Source: Nitrospirota bacterium
Lineage (GTDB): Bacteria > Nitrospirota > Thermodesulfovibrionia > Thermodesulfovibrionales > Dissulfurispiraceae
Length of the DNA: 64,000 nt
Direction of reading: 5' to 3'
Assembly (NCBI GenBank): GCA_963790025.1
Contig: CAWBMP010000004.1
Coordinates: 800,001 to 864,000 of the forward strand
A program made the translations under genes and the position numbers. Positions within the stretch are counted from its first letter, which is position 1. Each line of letters opens with the position of its first letter. The notes beneath the pieces are model-generated. The model was not told where the DNA came from and made no database searches. It saw only the letters and a program-made list of their open reading frames with translations. Positions 20,687 to 31,088 of this stretch are shown one piece after another.

Positions 20687-20709
20687 ATCTTGTTATCTTG
20701 GGGGTAGTG

Positions 20710-21435
20710 GTGAACGAGCAATTACGACTGCTCATAGAACTTCAAAGACTTGATACTGTCATACTCACGCTGCATTCCAAGATCGATACGCTGCCCGGCA
20801 CCATCGCTGCCAGTGAAGTGCCCCTAAAGAAAGCCTCGACCTCGCTTGAAAACATAAAGCAGGGCCACGCGGCCATGGAAAAGAAGAAGAAAGACAAAGA
20901 GATGGATATCGAAGAGATCAGTAATAAAATCGAAAAAATGAAGCGAAGAACGTCGGAGATTAAGAATAATAAAGAGTACCAGGCCCACCTTAAAGAGACG
21001 GAGAAAGCTGAAAAAGACCTGAAAGCTGCTGAAGATGAATTGCTTAACGTGATAGAGTCTATCGAAAAATCCTCAAAGCTGCTTGCTGCTGAACAGGCCT
21101 CTATTTCCGAAGAGCAGGCGAAGTTAGATGTGATTAAGGTGGAAATCGAAAAAAGGATTGCCGCGGACAAGCAAGAATTGAAAAAACTTAAAGGCGACAG
21201 GAAAAAGTTCACTGAAAAACTGGATCCCGACATTTATACGCGGTATATCGGTATTATGAGATCAAGGAAAGGGCTGGCTGTTGTCGAGGCAAAAAATGAG
21301 ATATGCAGCGGATGCAATCTCCACATACCGCCTCAGATGTTCGTTGAACTGAAGCAAAATACCGAGATTACCCACTGTCCCCAGTGCAGGAGAATATTGT
21401 TTTTTAGCAACTCCGATGCCGTCCCAGAGAGTTAA
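20710..21435 (+). CDS. coiled-coil protein with C4-type zinc ribbon (DUF164-like)
   Basis: Long coiled coil, CSGC...CPQCRRIL. Confidence 0.9.
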   Translation: MNEQLRLLIELQRLDTVILTLHSKIDTLPGTIAASEVPLKKASTSLENIKQGHAAMEKKKKDKEMDIEEISNKIEKMKRRTSEIKNNKEYQAHLKETEKAEKDLKAAEDELLNVIESIEKSSKLLAAEQASISEEQAKLDVIKVEIEKRIAADKQELKKLKGDRKKFTEKLDPDIYTRYIGIMRSRKGLAVVEAKNEICSGCNLHIPPQMFVELKQNTEITHCPQCRRILFFSNSDAVPES

Positions 21436-21510
21436 CAGTCTCCATCTTGTATTTTTCATATTTATTCATGTATAATAAAACTTTATGATATTATAACCCT
21501 GTAAGAATAT

Positions 21511-22431
21511 ATGGAAGACCATAAATTAAAAGTTTTTTGCACTGTTGCCGAGACAAAGAGTTTTTCAAAAACGTCTCAGATCATTCACCTGACTCAGCCG
21601 GCGGTTAGTCTGCAGATTCAGGCCCTTGAGGAACTGTACGAAACGAAACTTTTTGACCGTTCAAACAGCTCGATCAACCTCACTTCAGCCGGGGAAGTGT
21701 TGTACCGTTATTCCAAGGACATCCTTACGCTTTATGCCGAACTGGAAAAGGAAATAAGCCAGATAACCGGGCTTAACAAGGGAAGGATTACCATCGGCGC
21801 GAGCACAACCATCGGCAATTATGTACTCCCCAATGTTGTCGCTGATTTCAAGAAAATGCACCCTAAAATCAAGATAAATATCCTGATCGGGAGTACGAAA
21901 AAAGTGCTCGATCTGCTGAATGCAGGTGTCGTATGCTTCGGACTGGTAGAAGGTGAAACGTCCAAGAACAAAATAAAGGTTGAACCCATGCTCTCCGATG
22001 AGCTTGTTTTCATCGTGCCGGCTGCACACCCATGGGCAAAGAAAAAGACCATTCCCCTGCAAGAAATCATAAAAGAGCCGTTTATTATACGGGAGGAAGG
22101 TTCGGGGACACGCCAGATAATTGAAAACTATTTCATATCGCGCGGAATCAAGACTTCTGATCTGCAAATCGTACTCGTTTTGGGCGGTACCGAATCGATA
22201 AAAGAGGCGGTTGAAACAGGGATGGGCATTGCAATAGTATCACGATGGGCTGTCCGCAAGGAACTCAAATACGGCAGTCTGAAATATGTTATCGCAAAAG
22301 AGGCGCGCATATTAAGAGACTTCTCTTTAATACTGCCGAAAAATGCGGTAGTTTCTCACGCCGTCGACGAATTCCTTTCCTACCTGAGGGTATACCCTTA
22401 CAATGTGCTGCTGTCGGAGATAACAAACTGA
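21511..22431 (+). CDS. LysR family regulator (CysL/selenium-associated type)
   Basis: LTQPAVSLQIQALE HTH; REEGSGTR. Confidence 0.9.
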   Translation: MEDHKLKVFCTVAETKSFSKTSQIIHLTQPAVSLQIQALEELYETKLFDRSNSSINLTSAGEVLYRYSKDILTLYAELEKEISQITGLNKGRITIGASTTIGNYVLPNVVADFKKMHPKIKINILIGSTKKVLDLLNAGVVCFGLVEGETSKNKIKVEPMLSDELVFIVPAAHPWAKKKTIPLQEIIKEPFIIREEGSGTRQIIENYFISRGIKTSDLQIVLVLGGTESIKEAVETGMGIAIVSRWAVRKELKYGSLKYVIAKEARILRDFSLILPKNAVVSHAVDEFLSYLRVYPYNVLLSEITN

Positions 22432-22432
22432 C

Positions 22433-22526
22433 CAGTAAGCAGTAGAAAGTACGCAGTAAGCAGAAAAAGAAAAGACAAAAAGTACCTTACAGCTCTTTGC
22501 TTCCTACTGCCTACTGCTCACTGCCT
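22433..22526. repeat. 7-mer periodic inverted repeat between convergent genes
   Basis: CAGTAAG CAGTAGA AAGTACG CAGTAAG CAG versus CCTACTG CCTACTG CTCACTG. Confidence 0.7.
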
Positions 22527-24126
22527 TATTGTTCTCTTCAAATACGTCAAGCCAGGGGAAAACGGCATTTCGGTCCTCAAGCCCTCCGAGCAATGCCATA
22601 TCATACTCGCAGCCTTCAGCCATGGAAAAAAGCCGGTTAAAATTATCTATATGGCCGCGCACCCTTTTTTCCGCGTACCCGGATGCCCTTCCTTTTTCAA
22701 TAAGAAAGGGCCAGTCGCTGGACTGGGCCAGTAGCATCTCCTTCATGGCCTGGTTGATTGTCCGCTGCATCACTGAAGTCGCGTGGGGACAACTGCCGGC
22801 CCTTAGCCCCAATTTCCGCCCTGTTTCTTTTAACAGCTCCATTCTCTCTGCCATCTTGTGGAGGTGCCTGTAGAGATAATGGTTCTTTTCCCCTATCCAT
22901 TGTGCATTGTAACCCCCTTCGCCCCAGCTCGAGGGGTGCAACACAACATGATCGCCTTCTGGACACAAAGTGCTGCATTCTGCTGGAGCAGTTAAACGGA
23001 CGCTCCTGCTATCAAACAATTTTCTCATCATGATATCAAGCCAGTCTGTGCCTTCGAACCACCAGTGTCCGAAGAGTTCGGCATCAAAAGCGGAGAAAAC
23101 AACGGGACAAGACACAGAACCGCAGAGTTGCAGCATCTGAACTTCCCTGCTCTTCATGAAATGTGCCGCGTGCTCAATGGCCCTACGCATGGCCATTACC
23201 CTGTCATACGGGAGCTTTGACTCTGTTGAGCCTGTGACGCGGTAATATTTCATTCCGGTAAAAAGCCTCAGCGCACCGGTATGCAGAAACCGATCGATAT
23301 ATTCAACTGGAAGGTCGAACCCGATATCGCGGTAAAAGTCCCTGTAGTAAGGATCTCCGGGATACCCCTCCGTTGCGCTCCATACCTGCCTGGCTGATAT
23401 AAAATCTCTGCCAAATACCTGCAGGCCGGAAGGGGCATTCACTGGCTTATATATGCCGTATACCGGAGAGGGTTTCCCTAGCAGTATACCATGTGACTCA
23501 ATGAAAAAATAACGAATGCCTGCATCTTTTAGAATAAAATCGACTCCTTCGAAATAACCGCATTCAGGCAGCCAGAAGCCGGATGGCTGTCTGCCGAAGC
23601 TTTTAATGTAGCTCCTGGTCCCTATGCAGATCTGATCTTTTACGATCTGCGGATATGCCCCGAAGGCAGGCAGGAAAGCATGTGTTGCAGCGGAAGCCAC
23701 AATCTCTATGTGTCCTTCATTCTGAAGCTGGCGGAAAGCGGCAACCAGATCGCAGCCATAACATCCGGTATATAATCGCAGCACCGTTTTCAAGTGTTTA
23801 TTATAGAGTGACGTGACAGGTCCGAAAGGGGACCTCCCAGTCCTGAGCATCTCTGCTTCTGAAAGTTCAATAAGATTGACCATGTGGCGGACAAACCTTT
23901 CCCTGAGCATGACGTCATCGAGCATTTCCGTCAGCGTCGGACTTATTGAAAAAGCAAGCTGCGGACTTATGCCGTCATTGACCATCCGGTCCAACATGGC
24001 AAGAAGTGGAACATAGGTTTCTCTTATCGCCTCGAAAAGCCAGTTTTCTTCAATGGAATACTCGTGCTCTGGGTGTCTTACATAAGGAAGGTGTGCGTGA
24101 AGCAGAAGGATAAGAGCGCCGTTCAC
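22504..24126 (-). CDS. GH57 1,4-alpha-glucan branching enzyme (DUF1957 type)
   Basis: HAHLPYV, FWLPEC, FDAELFGHWWFEG, QSSDWPF. Confidence 0.9.
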   Translation of the reverse strand: MNGALILLLHAHLPYVRHPEHEYSIEENWLFEAIRETYVPLLAMLDRMVNDGISPQLAFSISPTLTEMLDDVMLRERFVRHMVNLIELSEAEMLRTGRSPFGPVTSLYNKHLKTVLRLYTGCYGCDLVAAFRQLQNEGHIEIVASAATHAFLPAFGAYPQIVKDQICIGTRSYIKSFGRQPSGFWLPECGYFEGVDFILKDAGIRYFFIESHGILLGKPSPVYGIYKPVNAPSGLQVFGRDFISARQVWSATEGYPGDPYYRDFYRDIGFDLPVEYIDRFLHTGALRLFTGMKYYRVTGSTESKLPYDRVMAMRRAIEHAAHFMKSREVQMLQLCGSVSCPVVFSAFDAELFGHWWFEGTDWLDIMMRKLFDSRSVRLTAPAECSTLCPEGDHVVLHPSSWGEGGYNAQWIGEKNHYLYRHLHKMAERMELLKETGRKLGLRAGSCPHATSVMQRTINQAMKEMLLAQSSDWPFLIEKGRASGYAEKRVRGHIDNFNRLFSMAEGCEYDMALLGGLEDRNAVFPWLDVFEENNKAVSSRQ

Positions 24127-25160
24127 TTTACTATGATTCGGCCCGAACCCATCTGTACCCTGCCGATGACCGAAAAAAAGAGGGAAGAGCCTTCAAATGC
24201 CTTGATCCGGTCCTCCCCCAGAGTCAGCAAAAGTCCTCCGGAAGTTTGAGGGTCGGAAAACAGAAGCTTTTTCTCATCACTTACACCGGGAGAAAAAACA
24301 GCCTTGTCCTGAATATACAGCAGATTTTTGTATGCGCCTTCGGGGACCATTCCGATATCAATCATTTCAATGGCACGATCGAGCACGGGGACCCGCGAAC
24401 TCTCTATTACAAAATCCACTGCCGAATTCCTGACCATGTTGTATGCATGACCGAGCAGTCCGAACCCTGTGATGTCCGTACATGCGGTTGCCCCTGTGCG
24501 GGAAGCAAGGGAAGATGCTTGATCATTCAGGGTCATCATCCACTCGATCGCCGGTCTCATTGACTCTTCGGTCAGTTTTCCGCCTTTGAGTGCAGTCGAC
24601 AGGATACCAACGCCTATCGGCTTGGTGAGGATTACAAAGTCTCCCTCAGCCGCGCCCGACACCCTGAGTATCCTGTCCCTGTCTACAATGCCCGTTACCG
24701 AAAGACCGAATTTAAGCTCGGGGTCATCAAAACTGTGTCCGCCTATAAGCCGCGCACCTGCCTTCCCGAGCGTAGCCACCGCTCCCCTCAATATTTCTTT
24801 CAGCACCTCTGGCCCATATTCACACAATGAGAAACCTGCAATAGCGAGTGCTGTAACAGGCCTGCCTCCCATTGCATAGATATCGCTGATCGAGTTATTG
24901 GCGCTTATGGCGCCGAAGGTGAAGGGGTCGTTTACAACGGGAGTAATCACATCCACGGTCTCAACGATTGCGGTCTCGCCGATAAGAGCGATGCCAGCAT
25001 CATCACCAGGCCCTACAAGCACAACGGGGGCCTCCTCGCCGCTCGCAGAGACAGCGTACTCATAATCACAGAGCGTACCTATAATCTCTTCCAGGTCCGC
25101 CGGACCGATCTTTGCAGCTCAGCCGGCAGCCCGTACTTTTTCCATCAACCGGTAATCCAT
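24123..25160 (-). CDS. selD: selenophosphate synthetase, selenocysteine-containing (345 aa)
   Basis: MDYRLMEKVRAAG-TGA-AAKIGPADL is in frame with the 24123..25022 ORF (DDAG, GGHS, DITGFGLLGH, DPQTSGGLL); TGA at 25119-25121 sits at the catalytic Cys/Sec site. Confidence 0.95.
25093..25118 (-). promoter_or_regulatory. candidate bacterial SECIS hairpin
   Basis: GGTCC-GGC-GGACC stem-loop starting 12 nt 3' of the Sec UGA. Confidence 0.65.
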
Positions 25161-25166
25161 TCAAAT

Positions 25167-25194
25167 ATTATACCTGATACCTCACCGCTGTCCA
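25167..25194 (-). promoter_or_regulatory. selD promoter, probably leaderless
   Basis: TGGACA-N16-TATAAT ending 6 nt before ATG 25160. Confidence 0.55.
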
Positions 25195-25221
25195 AAACAA
25201 TTTAATTAAAATCCTGCCAGT

Positions 25222-25276
25222 GATTGGAAACGAAAGACTATTTGATCCAGAGCAAAAACAAAACTGACCCTCTACC
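25222..25276. repeat. REP/MITE-like repeat, copy 1 (one end only)
   Basis: GATTGGAAACGAAAGACTATTTGATCCAGAGCAAAAACAAAACTGACCCTCTACC matches copies ending at 32415 and 52252. Confidence 0.8.
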
Positions 25277-25295
25277 ACTTGTTCACTAACGCCTG

Positions 25296-25324
25296 TTGAC
25301 AAAGCTGGCGGCATTTTGTATCCT
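25296..25324 (+). promoter_or_regulatory. sigma70 promoter of rho, followed by about 220 nt of leader
   Basis: TTGACA-N17-TATCCT. Confidence 0.6.
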
Positions 25325-25546
25325 ATCTACAGTGAGTTCGCCCATTTAAGCTTCGCGCAACTAAAAAATCACTAAGGAAGTTTGAGTAATTGAATCCGTA
25401 AAGTAATCTAATATTATCCCTCCTGCGTCAGGGGTAATCCATAAATTAAACGGGAACATATCGCTAATGAATGAATCCTCGGCTTCCAATGAGACTTTTG
25501 AGTTTTAAAGACTTTTTTCATGACAACCCGGAGAGGTAAAAAAAAT

Positions 25547-26806
25547 ATGGAAAACTATATATCAATTTCAGAGTTGAAAGAAAAAACCATTGATGAGCTT
25601 ACAGGTCTGGCTAAAGAGCTTAATGTAGAGGGCGCATCAGGTTTAAGGAAACAGGAGCTTATTTTCGCCATTCTGCAGGCACAGGCTGAAAAAGCCGGGA
25701 GCGTCTACGGCGCGGGGGTGCTGGAGATACTGCCCGATGGTTTTGGCTTTCTCCGTTCTCCTGATTACAGCTATCTGCCAAGTCCAGACGATATTTATGT
25801 ATCGCCGTCTCAGATCCGTCGGTTCAGTTTGCGCACAGGTGATTTTGTATCGGGCCAGATCAGGCCACCCAAGGACAATGAGCGATATTTCGCTCTTTTA
25901 AAAGTGGAGAGCATAAATAGTGAATCGATCGAACGGATTGTGAACCGTCCTCTCTTCGATAATCTCACACCCTATTACCCCACTGAAAAAGTCAGCCTCG
26001 AATACGACAATGACTACTCTATGAGGGTAATGGACTTGACTGCCCCTATAGGAAAGGGACAGCGAGGCCTGATTGTTGCTGCACCGAGGACCGGTAAAAC
26101 CATGCTGCTTCAGTCAATTGCAAAAGCAATCAGAACAAATCACAAGGAAATTCACCTTATCATTCTCCTTATCGACGAGCGGCCGGAAGAAGTGACCGAC
26201 TGGAAACGGCAGGTGATAGGTGCAGAGATCATAAGTTCAACCTTTGATGAGCCGCCCCAACGGCATTGCCAGGTGTCAGAGATGGTCATCGAGCGGGCCA
26301 AGAGGCTGGTGGAAACAAGAAAAGATGTGGTCATCCTCCTTGACAGCATAACGAGGCTGGCAAGGGCATATAACGCAATAACCCCCACCAGCGGCAAAGT
26401 GCTGTCCGGCGGTCTTGATGCAAATGCATTGCAGAGGCCCAAGAGGTTCTTCGGAACAGCCAGGAGCATAGAGGAAGGCGGCAGTCTTACAATTCTGGCG
26501 ACGGCCCTTGTTGATACCGGAAGCCGCATGGATGATGTCATTTTTGAAGAATTCAAAGGGACCGGCAATATGGAACTGCATCTCGACCGTAAGCTTGTGG
26601 ACAAGAGAATATTCCCGAGCATTGATATTAATTCATCAGGAACAAGAAAAGAGGAGTTGCTCGTTGATAGAGAGATCCTGAACAAGATGTGGATCCTGAG
26701 AAAGGTGCTAAACCCGCTGAGCACCGTGGAAAGCGTTGAATTCCTGCTCAGCAAACTTAAAGGCACGAAGAGCAACAGCGAGTTCCTGGATATGATGAAT
26801 AAGTAG
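25547..26806 (+). CDS. rho: transcription termination factor Rho
   Basis: [35 protein letters not shown]. Confidence 0.98.
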   Translation: MENYISISELKEKTIDELTGLAKELNVEGASGLRKQELIFAILQAQAEKAGSVYGAGVLEILPDGFGFLRSPDYSYLPSPDDIYVSPSQIRRFSLRTGDFVSGQIRPPKDNERYFALLKVESINSESIERIVNRPLFDNLTPYYPTEKVSLEYDNDYSMRVMDLTAPIGKGQRGLIVAAPRTGKTMLLQSIAKAIRTNHKEIHLIILLIDERPEEVTDWKRQVIGAEIISSTFDEPPQRHCQVSEMVIERAKRLVETRKDVVILLDSITRLARAYNAITPTSGKVLSGGLDANALQRPKRFFGTARSIEEGGSLTILATALVDTGSRMDDVIFEEFKGTGNMELHLDRKLVDKRIFPSIDINSSGTRKEELLVDREILNKMWILRKVLNPLSTVESVEFLLSKLKGTKSNSEFLDMMNK

Positions 26807-26842
26807 CGTTATAACTAAAGTCGTTTAGCGCTATATCGTTAA

Positions 26843-27250
26843 ATGGGCATGAAGATTGAAAATGACGGCAACTGCTTTGTCTGTGGTATAAACAATCCCT
26901 GCGGTTTGAAACTCTCTTTTAATCACCTCGATGGAAAAATAACCTCTGAATTTACCCCTTCCCCGCTGCACGGAGGGTATAAAAATATGACCCATGGAGG
27001 TATAATAACAGCGCTTCTCGACGAGGCAATGATATATGCAGCCATGGACGTCCTGGACAAAGAGTCAGTCCCTGTTACTGCAGAAATCATCGTGCGCTTC
27101 AAAAAACCTTTATTAGCTGGGCAACGGTCGCAGATTGAGGCGGAAATTGTAAGAAAAGGCAAGCGGATTGTCGAAGCGGAGGCGCGGCTGATATCGGCTG
27201 CTACCGGTGATTTGATCGCCGAAGGTCACGGAAAACTGATAATAAAATGA
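26843..27250 (+). CDS. PaaI family thioesterase
   Basis: CFVCG..NP.GL, HGGIITALLDE. Confidence 0.9.
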   Translation: MGMKIENDGNCFVCGINNPCGLKLSFNHLDGKITSEFTPSPLHGGYKNMTHGGIITALLDEAMIYAAMDVLDKESVPVTAEIIVRFKKPLLAGQRSQIEAEIVRKGKRIVEAEARLISAATGDLIAEGHGKLIIK

Positions 27251-29295
27251 AAAGCCATATTTTTATTATATCTGTGCTTATTGGAGTTATTTCGGGAATT
27301 ATAACCCTTAATATATTTTTCCAGCAGTCGTTGCAAATGGAGATCGCCGAGCGGTTCAACAGGCAGCAGTTTTTACTTTCAAGATCGATTGCTGACGACA
27401 TAAAATCATATGTCGGCCATGATCAGGAGGAACTCCTCTTCATATCTCATCTCCTGTCGGAAACCGACATCAGTGGCGACAAAGACGTCGCGAAAATCGA
27501 AGAAAAACTCAGGGCGGCGAATAAGAAACTGGCTACCGCAAAACTCGGATTGATCAACACACGGGGGGAACTGCTATTCTTTCGAGGGAAGAGGGATGCA
27601 CTGACGTACCTCATCCCTGACATAATAAAGCTGGCCAAAGGCATGGAATTCGGCACAACACGGCTATTTGAAACTGCATCTGTTCTCTATATCATATCGC
27701 CGGTCTACCGGCGAAGCGGGCCTGCATGCATAGCGTTTTTCGGGACCAGAATAGATACCCTCTCCAGTATCGCCCAAAATTTCGTGACCAGCATCAGATC
27801 AACTACGAGGAGATATGCATGGATGATGGATAAAAACGGCAATCTGCTGTTTCACCCCACTCAGCCCGGAATGGTGGGAAGAAACCTTTATAAAGCAGAC
27901 CCGACCTGCTTTAAATGTCACATAAGCTTCGATTTCGAAAAAAAGATCGTAGAGGGCCGGGTGGACAGGTTCGGCAGGTATATGGCGCCGTCGGGAGAAG
28001 ACAAGATTGTGGCCTTCTCGACAATTCCCATCGACGGCCTGTCGTGGATAGTTGCGGTATCTTCACCCTACTCTGAAGTGACGCGTCCTATAATGCACAG
28101 CATGAAACTTTATTCCTATCTTATCATCTCCATTTTTGTCGCCACCAGCCTTGTTTCTGCAGTGCTTATTGTCTTTAACAAAAAAAGAATCAAGGCGGAA
28201 GCGATTGCACGTGGGAAAGAGGAACTCGAGGAATACGCGGTGCTGCTGGAAGACAAGGTAAATGAGCGGACAGCCGAACTCTCAAGCGAAAAAGAAAAGT
28301 TGAATACTATTGTAAGCGCCATCGGCGGTGGAATCATCCTGGTCTCAAAGGAAGGCAAAATACAGTGGGCAAACCAGACGATCAGGGACATGACCGGCAT
28401 GGACGTGACCGGCAAGGCCTGCGAGGAACTCTTCCAGGAATGCAATCTGGCAACCACTTACGCCCGCGGTAATATCGATACGATAATACTCTCGAATCTT
28501 TTCAACTTGCCGAACAACTACTTTCAGGTCACGACCGCACCGGTAATCGGAGATGACGGCGACTTGCACGGTTATATAAGGCTTATACAGGACGTCACTG
28601 AAATAAAAAAGATGGAAGATCAGATAATCAATTCTGAAAAACTCGCCGCTATCGGCAGGCTCGCCGCAGGCATCGCCCATGAAATAGGCAACCCGCTCAC
28701 TTCCATTTTTTCATTCGTGCAGATTCTGAGGGAAATGGAAAAGGGAGATGAATTCAAGAGGGAGAGCCTCGATACGATCTCCTTCCATGTCAACAGGATT
28801 TCAGAGATACTGAAACAGCTTTCAGGCTTTACAAAAATGCCCGCAGGAGAACTGAAACGGTGTATGGTCAATGAAATCATAGAAACCGCCTTAAACCTGA
28901 TCCGGTATGATAAAAAAGCAAAGGGGATCTCCATTTTGAAAGAGCTTTCATCAGAGCTGCCCGAGATTGTAACAGATGCAAACCAGTTATCGCAGGTCTT
29001 CGTCAACCTTACCCTCAATGCAATCGACGCCATGCCCGATGGCGGGGCCCTCACGGTAAGGAGTTTCATACGCGAGGGCTCGATTGCCATTGAGTTCCAG
29101 GATACCGGAATCGGTATAAGGAAAGAGGATGTCAACAAAATATTCGATCCTTTTTACACTACCAAAGAGAAGGGAACGGGTCTGGGGCTGGCAGTGAGCT
29201 ATGATATAATAAAAAAATTGAACGGGACCCTGACGGTAGAGAGCGAAGCAGATAAGGGGACTACATTTACCATAGTGCTGCCGGGAGGACACTAA
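27247..29295 (+). CDS. sensor histidine kinase with Cache-like periplasmic domain carrying CxxCH
   Basis: Two TM segments, LLFHP Cache motif, CFKCH, PAS-like region, AAGIAHEIGNPL, GTGLGL. Confidence 0.92.
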   Translation: MKSHIFIISVLIGVISGIITLNIFFQQSLQMEIAERFNRQQFLLSRSIADDIKSYVGHDQEELLFISHLLSETDISGDKDVAKIEEKLRAANKKLATAKLGLINTRGELLFFRGKRDALTYLIPDIIKLAKGMEFGTTRLFETASVLYIISPVYRRSGPACIAFFGTRIDTLSSIAQNFVTSIRSTTRRYAWMMDKNGNLLFHPTQPGMVGRNLYKADPTCFKCHISFDFEKKIVEGRVDRFGRYMAPSGEDKIVAFSTIPIDGLSWIVAVSSPYSEVTRPIMHSMKLYSYLIISIFVATSLVSAVLIVFNKKRIKAEAIARGKEELEEYAVLLEDKVNERTAELSSEKEKLNTIVSAIGGGIILVSKEGKIQWANQTIRDMTGMDVTGKACEELFQECNLATTYARGNIDTIILSNLFNLPNNYFQVTTAPVIGDDGDLHGYIRLIQDVTEIKKMEDQIINSEKLAAIGRLAAGIAHEIGNPLTSIFSFVQILREMEKGDEFKRESLDTISFHVNRISEILKQLSGFTKMPAGELKRCMVNEIIETALNLIRYDKKAKGISILKELSSELPEIVTDANQLSQVFVNLTLNAIDAMPDGGALTVRSFIREGSIAIEFQDTGIGIRKEDVNKIFDPFYTTKEKGTGLGLAVSYDIIKKLNGTLTVESEADKGTTFTIVLPGGH

Positions 29296-30644
29296 TGAAA
29301 CCGAAAATCCTCGTAGTGGACGATGAGCCTGATATCTGCAAGGCACTGGCCTTCCTGCTCAAGCGGGAGGAATATGCCGTTACCACGGCAAGCAGCGGGG
29401 AGCAGGCCCTCGAGAAAATCAGTGAAGAACATTTTGATGTGGTGCTCACTGATCTGAAGATGGGCAGGGTCGACGGCGTAGAGGTACTCGAAAAAGTAAG
29501 GGCGACGACCGCTGATACGGCTGTTATAATTATGACTGCCTTTGCTTCGGTTGAGTCTGCGATTGAGGCCATAAAGAAAGGCGCGGTGGATTACATCGTG
29601 AAGCCTTTCCATAACGAGGAAATAAAACTCACCATAAAAAGAATCCTGGAGCAGAAACGGCTCGTCAAGGAGAATATTGCGCTAAAACAGCAGATCAGCC
29701 AACGTATGGAATGCAAGGAGTTCATCGCCAACTCTCCAGCGATGCTGAAGATATTCGAGACCCTAGAAAAGGTAATCCCCACAAAGAGCAATATCATGTT
29801 ATTGGGCGAAAGCGGTTCGGGTAAAGGACTTATTGCAGAAGTCATACACTGCAACAGCCCTCGCCGCGATAAGCCTTTTATATCAATCAACTGCTCTGCT
29901 ATTCCGGAAGGATTGCTGGAATCTGAGCTTTTCGGGTATAAAAAAGGTGCGTTTACAGGGGCCATCTCCGACAAGCTGGGGCTTATTACCCTTGCTGACC
30001 AGGGGACGTTTTTCCTGGACGAAATCGGTGATATGCCGGTTGCCTTACAGGCTAAGCTCCTTAAAGTGCTTGAAACAGGAGAAGTGTATCCGCTCGGCGA
30101 TACAAAGTCGCGCATTGCTGATGTCCGCATCATTTCGGCGACCAATGCCGATATCGAGAACAAGATCAGGGAGGGCAAGTTCAGGAAAGACCTTTACTGG
30201 AGGCTTAACGTCATAGAAATAAAAGTACCGCCCCTGCGTGAGAGGAAGGACGATATAGAACCCCTGAGCATTCATTTTGTACAAAAATTTGCGGGAGAAC
30301 ACAAGAAGGATATAAGCGGTATAGACAATCTGGCCCTCGCGGCGCTGCTGGATTACGCATGGCCCGGCAATGTGCGGGAATTGAGCAACGTCATCGAGCG
30401 CGCTGTTGTTCTTACCGAAGGCACGCACATAACGTCCTGCGATCTGCCGGACAAACTGATAAAGACAGACCATGAGCAGGAAACATCTCTCCTGAAGGTT
30501 TGCATCTCCGATTACGAAAAAAATTTGATCCTGAAAACGTATGCCGCACACAATAAAAATAAAGACGAAACCGCCAGGGCCCTCGGTGTCGATCTTGCAA
30601 CGCTTTACAGGAAATTCAAGAAGTACTGTATAGAAGACGAATGA
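29295..30644 (+). CDS. sigma-54-dependent response regulator (NtrC family)
   Basis: Receiver, GESGSGK, GAFTGA, WPGNVREL, Fis-type HTH. Confidence 0.95.
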   Translation: MKPKILVVDDEPDICKALAFLLKREEYAVTTASSGEQALEKISEEHFDVVLTDLKMGRVDGVEVLEKVRATTADTAVIIMTAFASVESAIEAIKKGAVDYIVKPFHNEEIKLTIKRILEQKRLVKENIALKQQISQRMECKEFIANSPAMLKIFETLEKVIPTKSNIMLLGESGSGKGLIAEVIHCNSPRRDKPFISINCSAIPEGLLESELFGYKKGAFTGAISDKLGLITLADQGTFFLDEIGDMPVALQAKLLKVLETGEVYPLGDTKSRIADVRIISATNADIENKIREGKFRKDLYWRLNVIEIKVPPLRERKDDIEPLSIHFVQKFAGEHKKDISGIDNLALAALLDYAWPGNVRELSNVIERAVVLTEGTHITSCDLPDKLIKTDHEQETSLLKVCISDYEKNLILKTYAAHNKNKDETARALGVDLATLYRKFKKYCIEDE

Positions 30645-30706
30645 AAAAAAGGCCGCCTCTCATCAGTGAGCACAGCGAGCGATTGCCTGATGGTGTTGCA
30701 TAAATA

Positions 30707-30997
30707 ATGAAAAAAAAAGCCTTTTACATCGGAGCGGCCGCAGGCGGAGTTCTCGGCATCATGGTATCATTGAGCATGGATTTCGTGATGGGAGATACAC
30801 TCGGCAGCGGGTGGGGCGATGCGGTAGCTCACGACCTGAACCACCTTCTGAAAACAAATCTGCCTGGAACCCATGTTCTTGTAATCCTGGGAGTATTCCT
30901 TGTCATCGGTATCATTGTCGCATTCGGGGCTTTCTTCGGGGGCATCTTCAGTTTAATGATCAGCAGCCTCTTCCGCACGCTTACAAAAGACAAATAA
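30707..30997 (+). CDS. small membrane hypothetical protein
   Basis: Two Gly-rich hydrophobic segments. Confidence 0.7.
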   Translation: MKKKAFYIGAAAGGVLGIMVSLSMDFVMGDTLGSGWGDAVAHDLNHLLKTNLPGTHVLVILGVFLVIGIIVAFGAFFGGIFSLMISSLFRTLTKDK

Positions 30998-31088
30998 AGT
31001 CATGGGAACCCCACTACCTGCTTTTGACTTAGGGTTAAAAAGTCTGTAGACTATGAAATAGATAGAAAGCGTGAACAAGGGGGACCAT

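Noticed and set aside
20513..20707. 64-aa ORF
   Set aside because: Overlaps the tRNA and the hexamer hairpin.
22433..22526. Possible CRISPR array
   Set aside because: Units are 7 nt with no spacers; no CRISPR array or cas gene was seen in the window.
24123..25022. selD as a 299-aa or truncated gene
   Set aside because: The frame extends to 25160 through a Sec UGA.
26805..26842. Weak CGTTA periodic tract after rho
   Set aside because: Only one arm, too short to call.
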